From: Lama guanicoe
Taxonomy: Eukaryota
Reading direction: 5' to 3'
Assembly (NCBI GenBank): GCA_013239625.1
Contig: MU054098.1
Coordinates: 1,284,042-1,348,041, forward strand
DNA: 64,000 bases
The position numbers and the translations under genes are program-made. Below, in pieces: positions 23,513 through 36,490 of the stretch. The notes beneath the pieces were generated by a model. That model was not told the DNA's origin and searched no databases. It worked only from the letters and a program-made list of their open reading frames with translations. Position 1 is the stretch's first letter; every line of letters starts with the position of its first letter.

Positions 23513-24562
23513 CTCTAAATGAAGAAGGTACACATTTTGGCAAGAAAAGGGGAAAGTAAAAGTTCACACAAGAGCGTTAATTTCTATCTGATGGGAGGAG
23601 GCAGATCCCAGGAGGATGCTGTGGAACTGGGTCCTGGGAAGGACATTAGAAATATGCTGTTTGCCTCACAGTCTGGTAGAAAGGCAGTCCCTAAAATGAG
23701 GTAGCATGGCATGGTAGATTAGTTGCTTTGAAACAAAGTGAATCTCAGAAAGAAAATTCTCTTAGTATTTTTAGAATTCTGTAAGTCTAAAACGGAAAAA
23801 GTTCAGAACTTTTGATGTAGTCATAAATACTCATTCAAACTGTTCCATAGTGATTAGTGGGAAGCAGAAATACCAGTTACCCAATTTTACAACTTCTTGT
23901 TTTAAACTCTTGAGCAGCTGTTAAGAAATTTTAAAATTTCCTAACACCTTTGGGCTATAATCTTGCTAACTTTCAGAAATGGAGCAGAATTGAGCTTAGG
24001 CAGAAATATAATGAAAACAACAGAAAGAAATCCTCACATGGTGGTGTCTAAGAAGTATTTTGGGGAGATTCAATTACTGAGTTTCTTGTTTCTGTTTCAT
24101 TTTAGCTATTTCTGAGCTAAAACATAAATGAGTGCTAGGGAGACAATGTTCTCTAATAAGAAAGAAATGCTTCGGTTTGAAAGAAAGGATGATTTCAAAT
24201 TTTAATGACCCTGCAGTATCTTCAGAAGAGTAGCATGTTAGCTTGATGATTCTAGAAAATTACCCAGTGGACAAATTTGATTTAGCTTTCCATTGAGATT
24301 ACCCAAATAGCACAGCTCTGCCTCAGGTATTAGATAACCCATCCAAATCCAAAACGTGATGAAAAGTAAGAAAGATAACAAAATGAAAATTGGATTTTTG
24401 CTTAGGGTCATCAACCCCAGATAGGGAGATTCCTAAAGCCCGGGCTAGAGAGGTCAAAAGGCAGAGAGTACTCAAGACAGAAGTAGGGGCTACCAAGGAC
24501 TAACTTACATTTCTTCCTATGACTATTGTTGTAATTTATTTCAACATACCCTGAATGGTATT

Positions 24563-24781
24563 ATTTTTTTAATTGAGATATAATCGACATATAACATATT
24601 AGTTTCAGGTTTACAACATGATCAATATTAGTATATATTTTATATATTGCAAAATGATCACCACATTCACAAGTCTAGTTAATATCCATTACCACGCAGA
24701 GTTACACATGTGCGTGTGAGATGAGAATTTTAAGATCTACTCTCTTAGCAACTTTCAAACATACAACAGCATTATTGACAA
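24563..24781 (-). mobile_element. L1 (L1MA9-like) extreme 3' fragment
   Basis: ttttttaattgagatataatcgacat...taagatctactctcttagcaactttcaa. Confidence 0.85.
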
Positions 24782-26344
24782 TGTCAATAATGATTACTCT
24801 TAGCTTTCATACAGGGCACGTTTACTTCCATGCTTACTTTTAATTTTTGACTAAACTTTTTGTTTGAGAAGTTAATTTTGTGTTGTGTATGAACAGAATC
24901 CACTGAATCCATTCATGTTTACAGTCGCTCATTACTCAGACAAGGAAAAAAAAATAATCTCAAGCATAGAGGGTGAATTACACATATTATCTGGACTTTC
25001 TAGATTATATTTATTTTTACCTGTCACTCATTTTGCCATATATGTAAGTCCACAAAAACTAAACATATACTAAATGCATTCTCCTCACCATGATTTAGAG
25101 TGAGGCTATACTTATGCAGTGAAAGAGTAAAAGAATTCCAGGTGGTTGATTTCACATATCTGATGGTCATAGAAAGTTTTTATTATTAGCTTAAATATAA
25201 ATTAGAAATTTTTTCATGGAGAGACAGAACAGGGAAGACTCACATACACAAAGCAGCAACCAGCACCCTTTCATTTTTTTTTAACCAGGAAATCAGGTAA
25301 AATTTTTATATTGATTGTGATTTCTACCTAGAATTTTAGTTCAGAAATTCCAACTTTCATATAGGTTTACAACGTCTTCTCTAATTAAATCCTATCTTTT
25401 AAACTAAGTATGCATGTTTTCTTTATATTTGTGAAAGGAAGAAGCTATACGTAGGCTAATTCACTACCATCTTGTTTGAACCTCACTTCAATCAGCAACT
25501 GAAGTCATTTGTTTGAAGTAAAGTCTCCTTAGTTCAAGAAAGCCATTAGTGTCTTTTAGTGAAAGAAAATGTGCAAAGCATTAGGAAAGAAGGGGAATTT
25601 TACAAGTCATATATTTCCCAGCAGAAACCTAAAGTCTTTCTTTCTTTCTGTAGTTAAACAGTTGGATTCAAGGCCCTGAGTTTTACTTGAGTTCCCAAAT
25701 GAAAATGTCATACAATAAGGTTACATATTGGACCCTAATGTATAGGCATTTCACACCCTTTTCTCTTCATAAGACATTAGCTATCTTAGACAGTACCAGG
25801 CAGAACAAACGCCATGAGAGAGTTTCAGGAGAGACTTATTGTGGCCTAATAAGTTTATTAAAGTGAAGAAAAATCCTACTGTGGAATTAAGGGCAACTAA
25901 AAGAGCAGGTAGACTAAGGTTCATGTCATTCACATTTAGCCCCCCGATGCTGCTCTGACTGGCAATGGCAATGTAAGAACTCCCTCCCCCTCACCTCCCA
26001 CCACACACACACATGGAACTCTGTCCCCTTTTAAATGCTGCAAACAAATCAAACATACTTGCAGAAAATGGATGCAGACAGATGTGAAATTATTTAGACC
26101 TTAATTATTAATCAAACTCAGCCTTGTTGTTTACCCTCATCTCAATCTTGACCTACGTGATTTTCTTGATACCACTTAGAGGTGAATTATCCCCCACAAA
26201 TGCCTAGTGTCTCATTCATTAATTCCTTCCATTCTGTCCTGTTTGAAATTCAACAAACAATAGGGGTGAATTGCCCAGATTCATTACCAAAGTATGCAAA
26301 TATTGCTACTTCTAATAGAGATATTTCTAATAACATCTTACATT

Positions 26345-26519
26345 CAGATATGACTACACAGTCTGTGGGGCCGTGTGCAAAATAAAAATGCAGGGCCATT
26401 TGTTCAAAAATGTTAAATTTAATGACAGTGACAACAGAGCATTAAACCAAATGTGGAGCTCTTCTAAGTGTGGGACCTTGTCCAGCTGCACAGACTGCAT
26501 GCCTATAAAGCAGGTCCTG
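26345..26519 (-). mobile_element. MER45A (hAT-Tip100), full length with 8-bp TSD
   Basis: cag...cagagcattaaaccaa...gtcctg; TSD cttacatt (26337-26344) / cttatatt (26520-26527). Confidence 0.88.
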
Positions 26520-26765
26520 CTTATATTTACATACTACTTTTACAGTTAATACACAGAAATTAATTCATCTGATTCTCATAACCACTTGTGAGGTAGGCAG
26601 AACAGCTAATATTGGTCTCAAATTTTTCCCGTGACATTTACAGAACTTGATGTTCAAAGAACTTGTGTGACCATTCAACTTGGAGGTGTTGAAGTCAGAA
26701 CCATTATCTCTGGTCTTTCTTCTGACTTTTAGCTAAGCACCTTTTCTACTCTACTGTATTGCTTC
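26520..26765 (-). mobile_element. MIR SINE (host of MER45A)
   Basis: tcatctgattctcataaccacttgtgaggtaggc. Confidence 0.65.
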
Positions 26766-27360
26766 TTTATGAGTGCAGCATCACTAAACGTACCTGTCTG
26801 TTAGTTAGCTATGCCTTAATAGTGTCTCTATAATACACAATACCAGAAATAATAGAAAGCATGTGTAAATCATCACGAATTGGTATCCAATTGAAAATCT
26901 GTCATTAACACAACTGGTCTTCAATCGTTATTAAACTAAGAATTGGACATTCTTTTTCCAACCAACAAAGCAAAACAAGGTAATAAAAATAATGTAACTT
27001 TTTCTCACCAAAAGTGATTCTAGGCAATGAAAATTTTTGTGCCCCTTTGCCTGTCTACAGCCTTCAGCAAGCTCCTCAAAACCTCAACACTAAACATCAT
27101 TGGAGTGTGTTTCCTTCTACCTGTGATTATTGACGCAGCATTCAGCCAAGAAAACAGCTTTCCATCAAAACAGCTGATCCCTCTCCTGGACAAGGACTCC
27201 CTTGATAATCTTAGTTAAAACCACAAATTGTTTTTTCTATCTACCTATTAATTCATTTCCAAAACAGGAAATGAATAAAGAAAAGATCATGATGCTTCTC
27301 TCCCCTCTTCCTATCCCCAGTTTGTGTTAAAATCTGTTCTTGACCCTCCTATGATTTCTT

Positions 27361-27411
27361 TCCAATCAGGAAAGAGGTTGCCATAACAACCAACTTACTA
27401 ACTCAGCCAAT
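27361..27411. promoter_or_regulatory. RFX X-box flanked by two CCAAT boxes (candidate element)
   Basis: CCAAT 27362-27366, GTTGCCATAACAAC 27377-27390, CCAAT 27407-27411; motif match only. Confidence 0.45.
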
Positions 27412-28459
27412 TGACTTTGCTCAGCTTTTTCTGAATGCTTAATTAACATAGATTGTTTCATTTATCTAGAAAAAATGTTTTTTGAGCTCCTACTATATGC
27501 AAGGCACCTGATCCAGTGTCTTGTCAGAAATCAAGGTTTGCAGGATCTAAAGAGAAAACTTCTACACTTAAAGAACTAATGATGTGAAATCGTACATACA
27601 CACATTTATATTCTACATAATGTACAAAATTTGTATATTATAGATACTTATATAAAATACTCTTATTTTATACATTATATATAGTTACTTAAGATTTTGA
27701 GATCCCTTTGATTATGGGTGTTGTTCACTGGCGATTTGAATGTAGGGACTTAGGGTGGGATTCTGTTTTCTTCTTTGGAATGTTAGTAATAGTAAAGGAG
27801 ACTGGCTCACGTAATTCAAAAGTAATTGCTTCTTCTATACATAACAAAAAAGTTGTTAATAATTTAGTTTAACTCAGTTTCCTTTCAGTGAACAATATGG
27901 TCCAGTTCATTTACTACAGACAGCAATTGTTACAGGGACAGAAACCAGAGACAGCCCATGTGTGGGCATATTCATTGTGTAGAAGGTATTATACTCAGAT
28001 CAACAAATCTTTGTTTCAAAAAAGTAAAAAATTATTATTTTGTAATGCCTTGAATTTGCATAACATTTCATACTTCGTAAAGTGCTTACCAGGATCTTGT
28101 AATCTATATAACTCTTTCAAATCTTATAGGTCATAGAAATGAGCTCCTGCTAGACCACATGACTGAGTAGCTTATTTTGGGCCATAAGCGAACACTTATT
28201 TGCCTCCTCTGAGAGTAGGCAATATTTATTTCATCGCTAAAGGGCAGAACACTCAAGCCCCAATCCTTCTTTTTTGGGGGTAGGGGGTGGGGAAGAGAGA
28301 AAGGAAGAGAGGAAGAGATCTTTTAGGGCCGAGGATGAATATATCAATATACATTGCTCTGAGAGACAGCAATACAGACTGTAGCACTCCTTTCTTGAGG
28401 AGGAATAGGATATTGCCTCTTATATCTCTTTCCAAGCCAAGCATCTGGCTGACATTCTA

Positions 28460-28620
28460 TTGTCACCTCTTTGTATTTGTGCATTTGATTTCTCTATAAA
28501 CTTTGACATGCTTTCAATAAATTCCAAGATTCTTGAGGGCAAGGAATGTATGTTCATCATATTTTTGTATACTCTGCAGAGTACATGAGGGGTGGGGGTA
28601 AACAATATACGTTTGTTGCT
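28460..28620 (+). mobile_element. L2 3' fragment
   Basis: ttcttgagggcaaggaatgtatgttcatcatatttttgtat. Confidence 0.65.
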
Positions 28621-28874
28621 TTTTCATTAAATGCCACGGAAGTATACATACACATATACATTTATTTATTTGCTTGTTTATATAAAATTTCCCTGGCTTC
28701 CTGGCTTTAAGTAGGTGGGGATTTATGGCCTAGATCTTTCTTATCAATTTCTACTACTCTTTAAGAGTGTCAAGACCCTTTAGAACAGACTTAATCTCCT
28801 GGGTCCCAAGCAAAATGTTATACCCCTCATTCCCTCTACTAGCCAAGACCATCTTTGCTATATTCTGCTACCTT

Positions 28875-29030
28875 AAGTAGCAGAAAGAACCCAATTTCCA
28901 GCTCCAAACCTACTCCAAATTAGTTTTGCAATCTTGGGAAAATCACTTAGCCTACCTAGGCCTCAGTGTCCTCCACTGTCAAATGAGGTTAATTAGGCCT
29001 GTCTTACCTATTATGTTGGTTCGAAGCAGC
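28875..29030 (+). mobile_element. MIR SINE
   Basis: tcttgggaaaatcacttagcctacctaggcctcagtgtcctccactgtcaaatgagg. Confidence 0.75.
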
Positions 29031-29739
29031 TATCAAATTAATGAAGAACATGAAATGATGTCACTGTTAAAAGAGACGTTAGAAATCATCTAAAGTGGCC
29101 CTGTATTTTAGAGGATCACGGTTATTAATGCTTGCCCAAACTCACACAGTAGCAGAGCTAAGCCTATATTTCAGGTTTGTATTCCAGTACTATTTGCACA
29201 GCTTTCTGTTAAAATTCTGAAAGAACTTGGAAAGGAACAAATGCAAAATGTTATAATTAGTATTTATTATATAACTCCTTAAAGCCCTACGAGTACTGCA
29301 AAAGACGGTGAAGTACAAGATAGCAATGCCTTTATCAGTGGTCATGATGGGAAACAGATACCTCAGCTGCTAAGGATGATAGGAAATCAGTCAGTGTCCT
29401 TTAATAAAACAAAATCTAGTCTCCAAGATGATAATGAGAGTCTGCATGTAGAAAAGATACAGACCTATCGACCTGGCTTTTGTTCTCCTAGACTCATCCT
29501 CCTCTTGGAGGTGTTACTGATCCATCCTGCCATCTCCATGCAGGCCACAAGGTTGTGATGGTTGGTGGGGGAAAGACTGTTTCTCCTTTATCTACATGGA
29601 CAGATTATAGATAATAAAACATTGATCTGAATTTTGTTACACAGCTGAAACCAGACTTTTCCTTTTATACAAAATGAATTAAATACCTGAGGACAGTAGG
29701 AGGAAAACAACCTTGAAGAGCAACATGTAACTATATAGT

Positions 29740-30075
29740 CCTGTTTCTAAAACCCGAGGTACTAACGCTCAGCTTGTCATCTCCCAAAGGGTGTGCTGAG
29801 ACCAAGCTCCCAGAATGCCTTTACGTGGCCATTGCAATTACTGTTAACTGGAAAAGTCCTCAATTATGTAAGGGTTCCTTTAAGTATAGTTCCAACTTTA
29901 TTAGTGGGATCAGCAAAAGGCTTAGCTGAGACTGCTTCAGAGATCACTCCCTCCCTCCCTCTGGACAATCCTACTGTCTTTACTTCCCCACAGGAGCTGA
30001 TCCCAAGATCACTCCCCAATAAACTTCCTGAATGCAGATTTTCGCCTCGGAGTCTGCTTCCTGGGTAATTCTCAA
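29740..30075 (+). mobile_element. ERVL LTR (LTR16-like), 5' LTR; left edge uncertain
   Basis: ccacaggagctgatcccaagatcactccccaataaacttcctg...gagtctgcttcctggg. Confidence 0.75.
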
Positions 30076-30079
30076 AGAG

Positions 30080-31045
30080 GGATGGTTCCAGGAATAGTCA
30101 AAGGATGTAAACTCTAAAGTGAGATTTTGCATCTGGATATCTTGCTGACTGACTAGCTATTGGGATTCTCACCACTAGGTGTAAGTGAAGCTCTGATAAT
30201 TCCTGGCATGTGTGTAGTTATTAAAACTTTAACAGGTGGGGAAGTAAGGTGGGATATGGATAGAAGGGGATAGAAGGTGCAGTATCTCAGGTTTTTGAAG
30301 GGTTTAGGTAGAGTACTAGTAATAAGCACAATGTAATCAAATGGGTTTTGCTGAGTGTCATTGATACATTGGAGAAAAACAAGAAAAGGCTAAGAGTAAA
30401 TCATCACTGATGGAAGACGAAGTATGAAAGTCATAGGGACTCTTTGGGAGCATGTAAACAGAATGTTATCTCCTGAGGCTCAATGCCACAAAAGGATATG
30501 GATTATATTCACGACCTAATTATAAGAGTAACATTGATCCTGAGAAGAAGGAGTGCTCATCCCTGGAATGTCTGCTTGCCAAGGTCAAGGCCTTGCTTAG
30601 AAAGGATGGAACCCTGATACTAGAGGATGGGAACATTTGTATTGATCCATCAAAAACCTTAAAACCCTGAAGTGGCCCATTCCCGCCTGTTAGAGACTGT
30701 TGTTCCCCTTTGCTTAAAGACTATGCACAGCCCTCTGCCTTGCAAGTCAACTTGTACCGGTATCAGATCTATTCCTATTCCCACCTCCCCTCCTGGCCAT
30801 TAGGCCAAAACCTTGGGTCAATTTACAGAAAACTGGCTGGAGAAGTAATGTGCCTGGTATGGAAGGAGCAGTCCTAAAACCAAAAGGAACTGTAGGACCA
30901 AGCAAACATGTACTAGGAGAGGCTGGGAGAATATACATGGTACCGAATCATGAAGGTACTAGATCAAGGGAAGGCAAAAGATAAGGTTGGATAAGGTTTA
31001 TTGATATAAGAGCACTCTCCCATGATATAGGACTTAACTCCCTGA
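30080..31045 (+). mobile_element. ERVL internal remnant (ERV3-16A3-like leader/gag, degraded)
   Basis: Follows the LTR directly; ttaaaactttaacaggtgg, tgccaaggtcaaggccttg...ggaaccctga, tttattgatataagagcactctcccatgat; many stops. Confidence 0.7.
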
Positions 31046-31149
31046 TGTGAACTACTCCCACATTCATCTTTCACTCATACCTCATAATCAATAATAGTGG
31101 GGCTTTTCTTTTAGCTCTCTGTACACTCTTACATATTTCACCAAACTAC

Positions 31150-31460
31150 TAAACTGTTGCTCATGTTGTGCCCGGTCTTTACCTGGAATTCTCTTACCAT
31201 CTTTTTTTCATTTGATTATCCCCAGCTCATCCTTCATGAGTCAGCTTACCTCTAAATCCCCGGCTTGGGCTAAGTGGCTCTTATTTGTCTCACAGCACCC
31301 TTTGCAGAACTCTTATATGGTTAACTTCTTTATTTATTGGATTCTCTCCCCCACCTCATGCTCAAGACAAAGAACTAAGTGTTACTTATCTTTGGATTCT
31401 TTATGTCCATCATGGCTCCTTTCACACAGAGACATACAGCAGATATTTGCTGAAGTGAAA
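31150..31460 (+). mobile_element. L2 3' fragment
   Basis: ctcatccttcatgagtcagct...cagatatttgctgaagtgaa. Confidence 0.7.
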
Positions 31461-32954
31461 CTCACTAACAGTTATCACCCATCTATGAAAATCCTTCTCT
31501 AATCATAAGCGAAGCTCTTCTCACAGCCCACAGTCACTGTTACTCAGTCGTAGACTGAGACTACTGCTTTTGTGGACTGGTCAGTGAAGTAAGTTTTAAT
31601 GCTTTTGTATGAATATAGTTTGATATGTGGTGTATATTCTGTGAGAATAACTCACTTCTGATCAGTGTATGGAAAGCTTATTTTTAAATGGAGAAACAGG
31701 GCTGAGTGAGTAAAGGGTAAACTAGCTTCCCAGTTTTGCTGTATCTAATTTACAAATTCCTCTTCTTTGATACTACATATTGAAAGGGATCCAACTCTCT
31801 TCCTTGAATATTCTAGCTAAAAAGAGATCAATGGTTTTCAATTAATAAGTATCTTGGTGGTATCAAGAAAATTTGATTCAAAATTCATTATTTCAAAGGA
31901 TGAAGCCGAAACTTAGACTTAAAAACTAAATAAAGAAGTATGCCAGAATTTTTCTCCTCATAATATTGGTACAAGCCAACTTCAAAACTCTGGAATGCTA
32001 TGTTCTGCCATTAAAATACTTTTAATTAAAGATAAATTGGCTCATTTGAAATCATATATTTTGCAGCTTGATAGAGGAAAATTTGGGAATAAGGATCATC
32101 ATGCATAAACGCAGAGGGTGGCTCCCCTCTTACTATGAAATTTATTGTGCCAAGAAGACCATCCACACCAAAACATCACCACTCATTTAAGCTTAAAATT
32201 CTATTTAAATTCCAGCAGGCATAGCATAGTTATCTGTCTGCAGATTCTATTTATGCATGTGTTGATCATATATGTCCCAGGCGCAAGACAAACTCTCCTA
32301 TGAGAGGTGACACTTTTACATGAATGAGTGTATTATGTCAACTGAAAGGAGAGAGGAAGTGGCACTTGTGGAAAAGAGAGTGGCAGCAAAAAAGGGAAAA
32401 TACAGAAAGTGAAGGTTGATACCTTATATTTTAGCTGAAACCTTTTCCTGATTAAGAGAGTCACACACACACACATTAGATTTAAAAACATGATGGAGTC
32501 TTGTCATTGTTAGGTTCTTATGGTGTTCACTGGCCATGAACCCTAGGGACCTGGAGGAAGGTACTGTAGAAATATTCTGAGAAGCACATCACTCATATTA
32601 TTAGGAAGAGTGTCAGAAGATCTAATGCTATGATAGTCAAGAGACATTCAAATACCAGGTAGTGACCATAATCATAAAGTAATTGGTAATCTTTTAGAAA
32701 GCAAAAATAGTTGCATGATTAAGCAAGGCATGTGTAAGAACAGCACAAAACTTACTAGAGTTAAAATGCATGATGTCCATTTGGGACATTGGAATTAGTC
32801 TGGAGAAATAAGACTTGAATGTGTTGTTAAGAAGTTTATCATTTATCTAATGATTTTGAGCAGAGATATGATGCCATATCCATTTTGATAAAAATAATTT
32901 CCAAATGGTATCTAGAAACAGATGGAGAGAGAAGAATGTGGAAATCACAAATAG

Positions 32955-33310
32955 AGTTGTGATCCAAGGATCATGTACATCAGAATTATCTGCGAGAAAG
33001 GAGAAAATGCTTGCTAAAATTCCAATTATCAGCTTCTATCCCGGATCTACAGAATTAGAATCCCTAAGAGCAAGGCCTTCATAACCTACTTTTTCAAAGC
33101 TGTCCCCAGGAAGATGTTGGACCTACTAAATTCTGCTCTAAAGAGCTAGGTTCTCACACATTAGTACTAATCAACATCACCTGTGCGTAACAGTGTAGCT
33201 TCCTGGCTCCCACCCACAGAGATTCTGATTTCTTACATCTGGAACCCAGGAATCTACTTTGGAAAAGCCCCTCCAGTGATTCTGGTAATTTATCAAGTTT
33301 GAGAACTACC
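32955..33310. mobile_element. Two adjacent MER5-type hAT-Charlie elements
   Basis: catcagaattatctg...; ggttctca...cccacccacagagattctgatt...ccagtgattct...aagtttgagaactac. Confidence 0.7.
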
Positions 33311-33424
33311 AAGTTAATGAATTGATATTAAGCATGGAAAAAAAGATTTTTTTCAGAAGATACTTTCATGATATAGTAGATAAAACATTCTGCCAGGTTT
33401 TTTTATGTTGAAAGTGAGCAAAGA

Positions 33425-33580
33425 GGCAGAGACAGAATGATATAATGAAGAGAACACTGCGCTAGGGTTCTGGAGACCTTACTTCACATCTTGACTCTGT
33501 TCCTATTAGCCATGTGACCTTGGACACATTATTTCCTCCCCTCTGAATTTTGTAAAATGTAGAATAAATGAGTCAAACTT
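33425..33580 (+). mobile_element. MIR fragment
   Basis: ttagccatgtgaccttggacacattattt. Confidence 0.7.
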
Positions 33581-33582
33581 GA

Positions 33583-33855
33583 CAAGGCTTCTCAAATATG
33601 TTCCACACATGTTATATGTGTGTGATACACATGTACAATAATAGTTTGGTGGCCAAATATGTTTGGAAAAGAATGACTTTAACAAATAAAACAGTTTGTT
33701 TATAGGGTAACGTTTCAGAGCACTTAGTGTGTTTATGTGTATTCTGAACCTATAAAGAGTTGAAAATGTAGTGTTTCACAAACATTTGACCATGAAACAC
33801 TTTTTTAGGAGTATTTTACTGACTTCATGTTTTTCAGAACACACTTTAAGTACTA
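33583..33855 (-). mobile_element. hAT-Charlie MER103C-like element
   Basis: gtggccaaatatgtttggaaa...gtgtttcacaaacatttgaccatgaaac...gaacacacttt. Confidence 0.65.
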
Positions 33856-33864
33856 TCAGACTAA

Positions 33865-35820
33865 AATACTATACCATTTACATTAACACTCCAAAAATGA
33901 AATATTCAGGCATAAATCTAACAAAATATATATGCACAAGATCTATATGAGGAAAACTATACAATTCTGATGACCAAAAGCAAGAATGAACTAAATAAAT
34001 GGAGAGATATTCCATGTTCACAGATCAGAAGACTCAATATTATCAAGATAATCAGTTCTTCCCAAGCTGATCTATAGATTTAAAGCAATCCCAATCAAAA
34101 TCCCAGCAAGTTATTCTGCAGATATTGACAAACGGATTTTAAAGTTTACATGAAGAGGCAAAAGACCCAGAATAACCAACACAATAATGAAAGAGGAGAA
34201 CAAAGTTAGAGGACTGACACTATTAAACTTCGAAATTTACTACAAAGGTACAGCAATCAAGACAATGTACTGGTGAAAGAATAGATAAATAGAACCATGG
34301 AACAGAACAGAGAGCCACCAAATAGGTGCACATAAACATAGTCAGCTGATCTTTGACAAAGGAGCAAAGGCATACAACAGAGCACAGATAGTCTTTTCAA
34401 TGAATGGTGCTGGAACAACTGGACATTCACATGCAAAAAAAAAGTCTAGGCACAGATCTTATGGCCGTCATAAAAATTAACTTAAAAATGAATCATCAAC
34501 TTAAATGTAAAACACAAAATTATAAAACTCCTAGAAGACAACATAGTGGAAAATCTACATGGCCTTGGGTAAGGCAGTAACTTTTTAGATACATGCCAAG
34601 GGCATGATCCATGAAAAAAATAAGCTAGGCTGTATTAAAATTAAAAAATTTCTCTCTGCAAAAGACAATGTTAATAAAATGAGGAGACAGGCCACAGACT
34701 GAGAGCAAATATTTGTAAAACACACATCTGATAAAAGACCGTTATCCAAAATATATAAAGAACTCATAAAACTCAACAATAAGAAAACAAACAACTCAAT
34801 TTAAAAATGGCCAAAGACTTTAACAGATGCCTCATCAAAGAAGATATATGGATGGCAAATAAGCATATGAAAAGATGGTCCATATCATATGTCATCAGTG
34901 GAATGCAAATTTAAACAACGAGATACTACTACCTCGTTATTGGTCAAAATCCAATAGTGAATGGCCAAAATCCAAAACACTGACAACACCAAATGCTGGT
35001 GAGGATGTGGAGCAACAGGAACTCTCATTCATTGCTGGTGGGAATGCAAAAATGGTACAGCCACTTTGGAAGACACTTTGGCAGTCTCTTACGAAACCAG
35101 ATATACCCTTAACATACAATCCAGCAGTCATGCTCCTTGGTATTTAACCAAAGCAGTTGAAAATTTATGTCCACACAAAAACCTACACATAGATGTTTAC
35201 AGCAGCTTTATTCCTAATTGCCAATCTTGGAAGCAACCAAGATGTCTTTCACTAGGTGAATGGATAAAGTGTGATGCATCCAGATGATGGAATATTATTC
35301 AACCTAAAAAGAAACAAGCTATCAAGCCATGAAAGACATGGGGGAACTTTAAATGCATATTACTATGTGAAAGAAGCCACTCTGAAAAGGCTGTATACCA
35401 TGTGATTCTAATTATATGAAGTTCTGGAAAAGACAAAATTATGGAGACAGTAAAAAGATCAGTGGTTGCCAGAGGGTACAGGTAGGGGAGATGAACAGAC
35501 GGAGCCAGAGTATTTTTAGGGCAGTGAAAATACTCTGTATAATAACAGAATAACGGACATGGCCTTATATATTTGTTCAAACCCATAGAATGTACACCAC
35601 CACCAATTAATCTGAATGTAAACTATGGATTTGGGTGGCTATGACGTGTCAATGTAGATTCATCAGTAGTAACAAATGTACCACTCTGATGGGGGATATT
35701 GATAATAAGGGTGGCTACGCAGGTGTGGAGGCAGGGGATATATGGGAAGAGTCTGTACCTTCCCCACAATTTTGCTATGAAACTACAACTGCTCTAAAAA
35801 TAAATTTTTATTTTAAAAAG
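33865..35820 (+). mobile_element. 5'-truncated L1 (L1MC1-like, about 1.95 kb)
   Basis: ORF2 3' third (aaataaatggagagatattccatgttca; VQPLWKT) and L1MC-type 3'UTR aaacccatagaatgtaca...ctgctctaaaaataaa. Confidence 0.92.
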
Positions 35821-36339
35821 CTGGTCTAAGTAACTTTTAAGCTATTTTTTCTAACTCCAAAGTGCTTTGAGTCCTGTGGTGTCTACCTAAGGTGACTAGG
35901 ACAATGGGGAAGCCATTAAGTAGAGTGGGGAATGCAGGAAAAGGAAACATGCACTTCAGGCCTGAAGTGCCTTAGTTCATCTATGAGAGCATGCTGTTTA
36001 CATACGGGAACTGTAAATCACTTCTGAATATTTAGTAACTTTTCAAAAGACATCAAAGATAAAGCATTAGGAATCTGTCTTTGCAGCTTAGTGTTGTCCA
36101 GTTGCTTTATCTTGCATTCATGTTTATTGTAGTTAGAAATCGCTGCCCTTAGTTTTGAAAATTCATCATCTTGAGATTATGCTCCTTGCTCTGTTTCTCA
36201 TCAGATATTACTTTTTTGTTCCTTTCTGTGCTTTGGCTGGCATTTAGAATACCAATTGAGTATAATGGGCTGACTAGTATACCAGGTCCTCTACCTTCCT
36301 TTTTGCTTCCCATCCATAATTTTTTCTGTCACACCAGGT

Positions 36340-36490
36340 TTCTTTGCCTCACTCCTCTTCTGACTCATTGTCTGATTGCAAACAAATCACTTAATCTTTT
36401 GGCAGATCAATTTCTCTGTTTACAGGACAAGGATGATATTCTTACCTTCTGCTGAACTTGGATGAATGGTGTGAGGATTAATGGAGTGAA
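36340..36490 (+). mobile_element. MIR fragment
   Basis: caaacaaatcacttaatct...gtgtgaggattaatggag. Confidence 0.6.
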
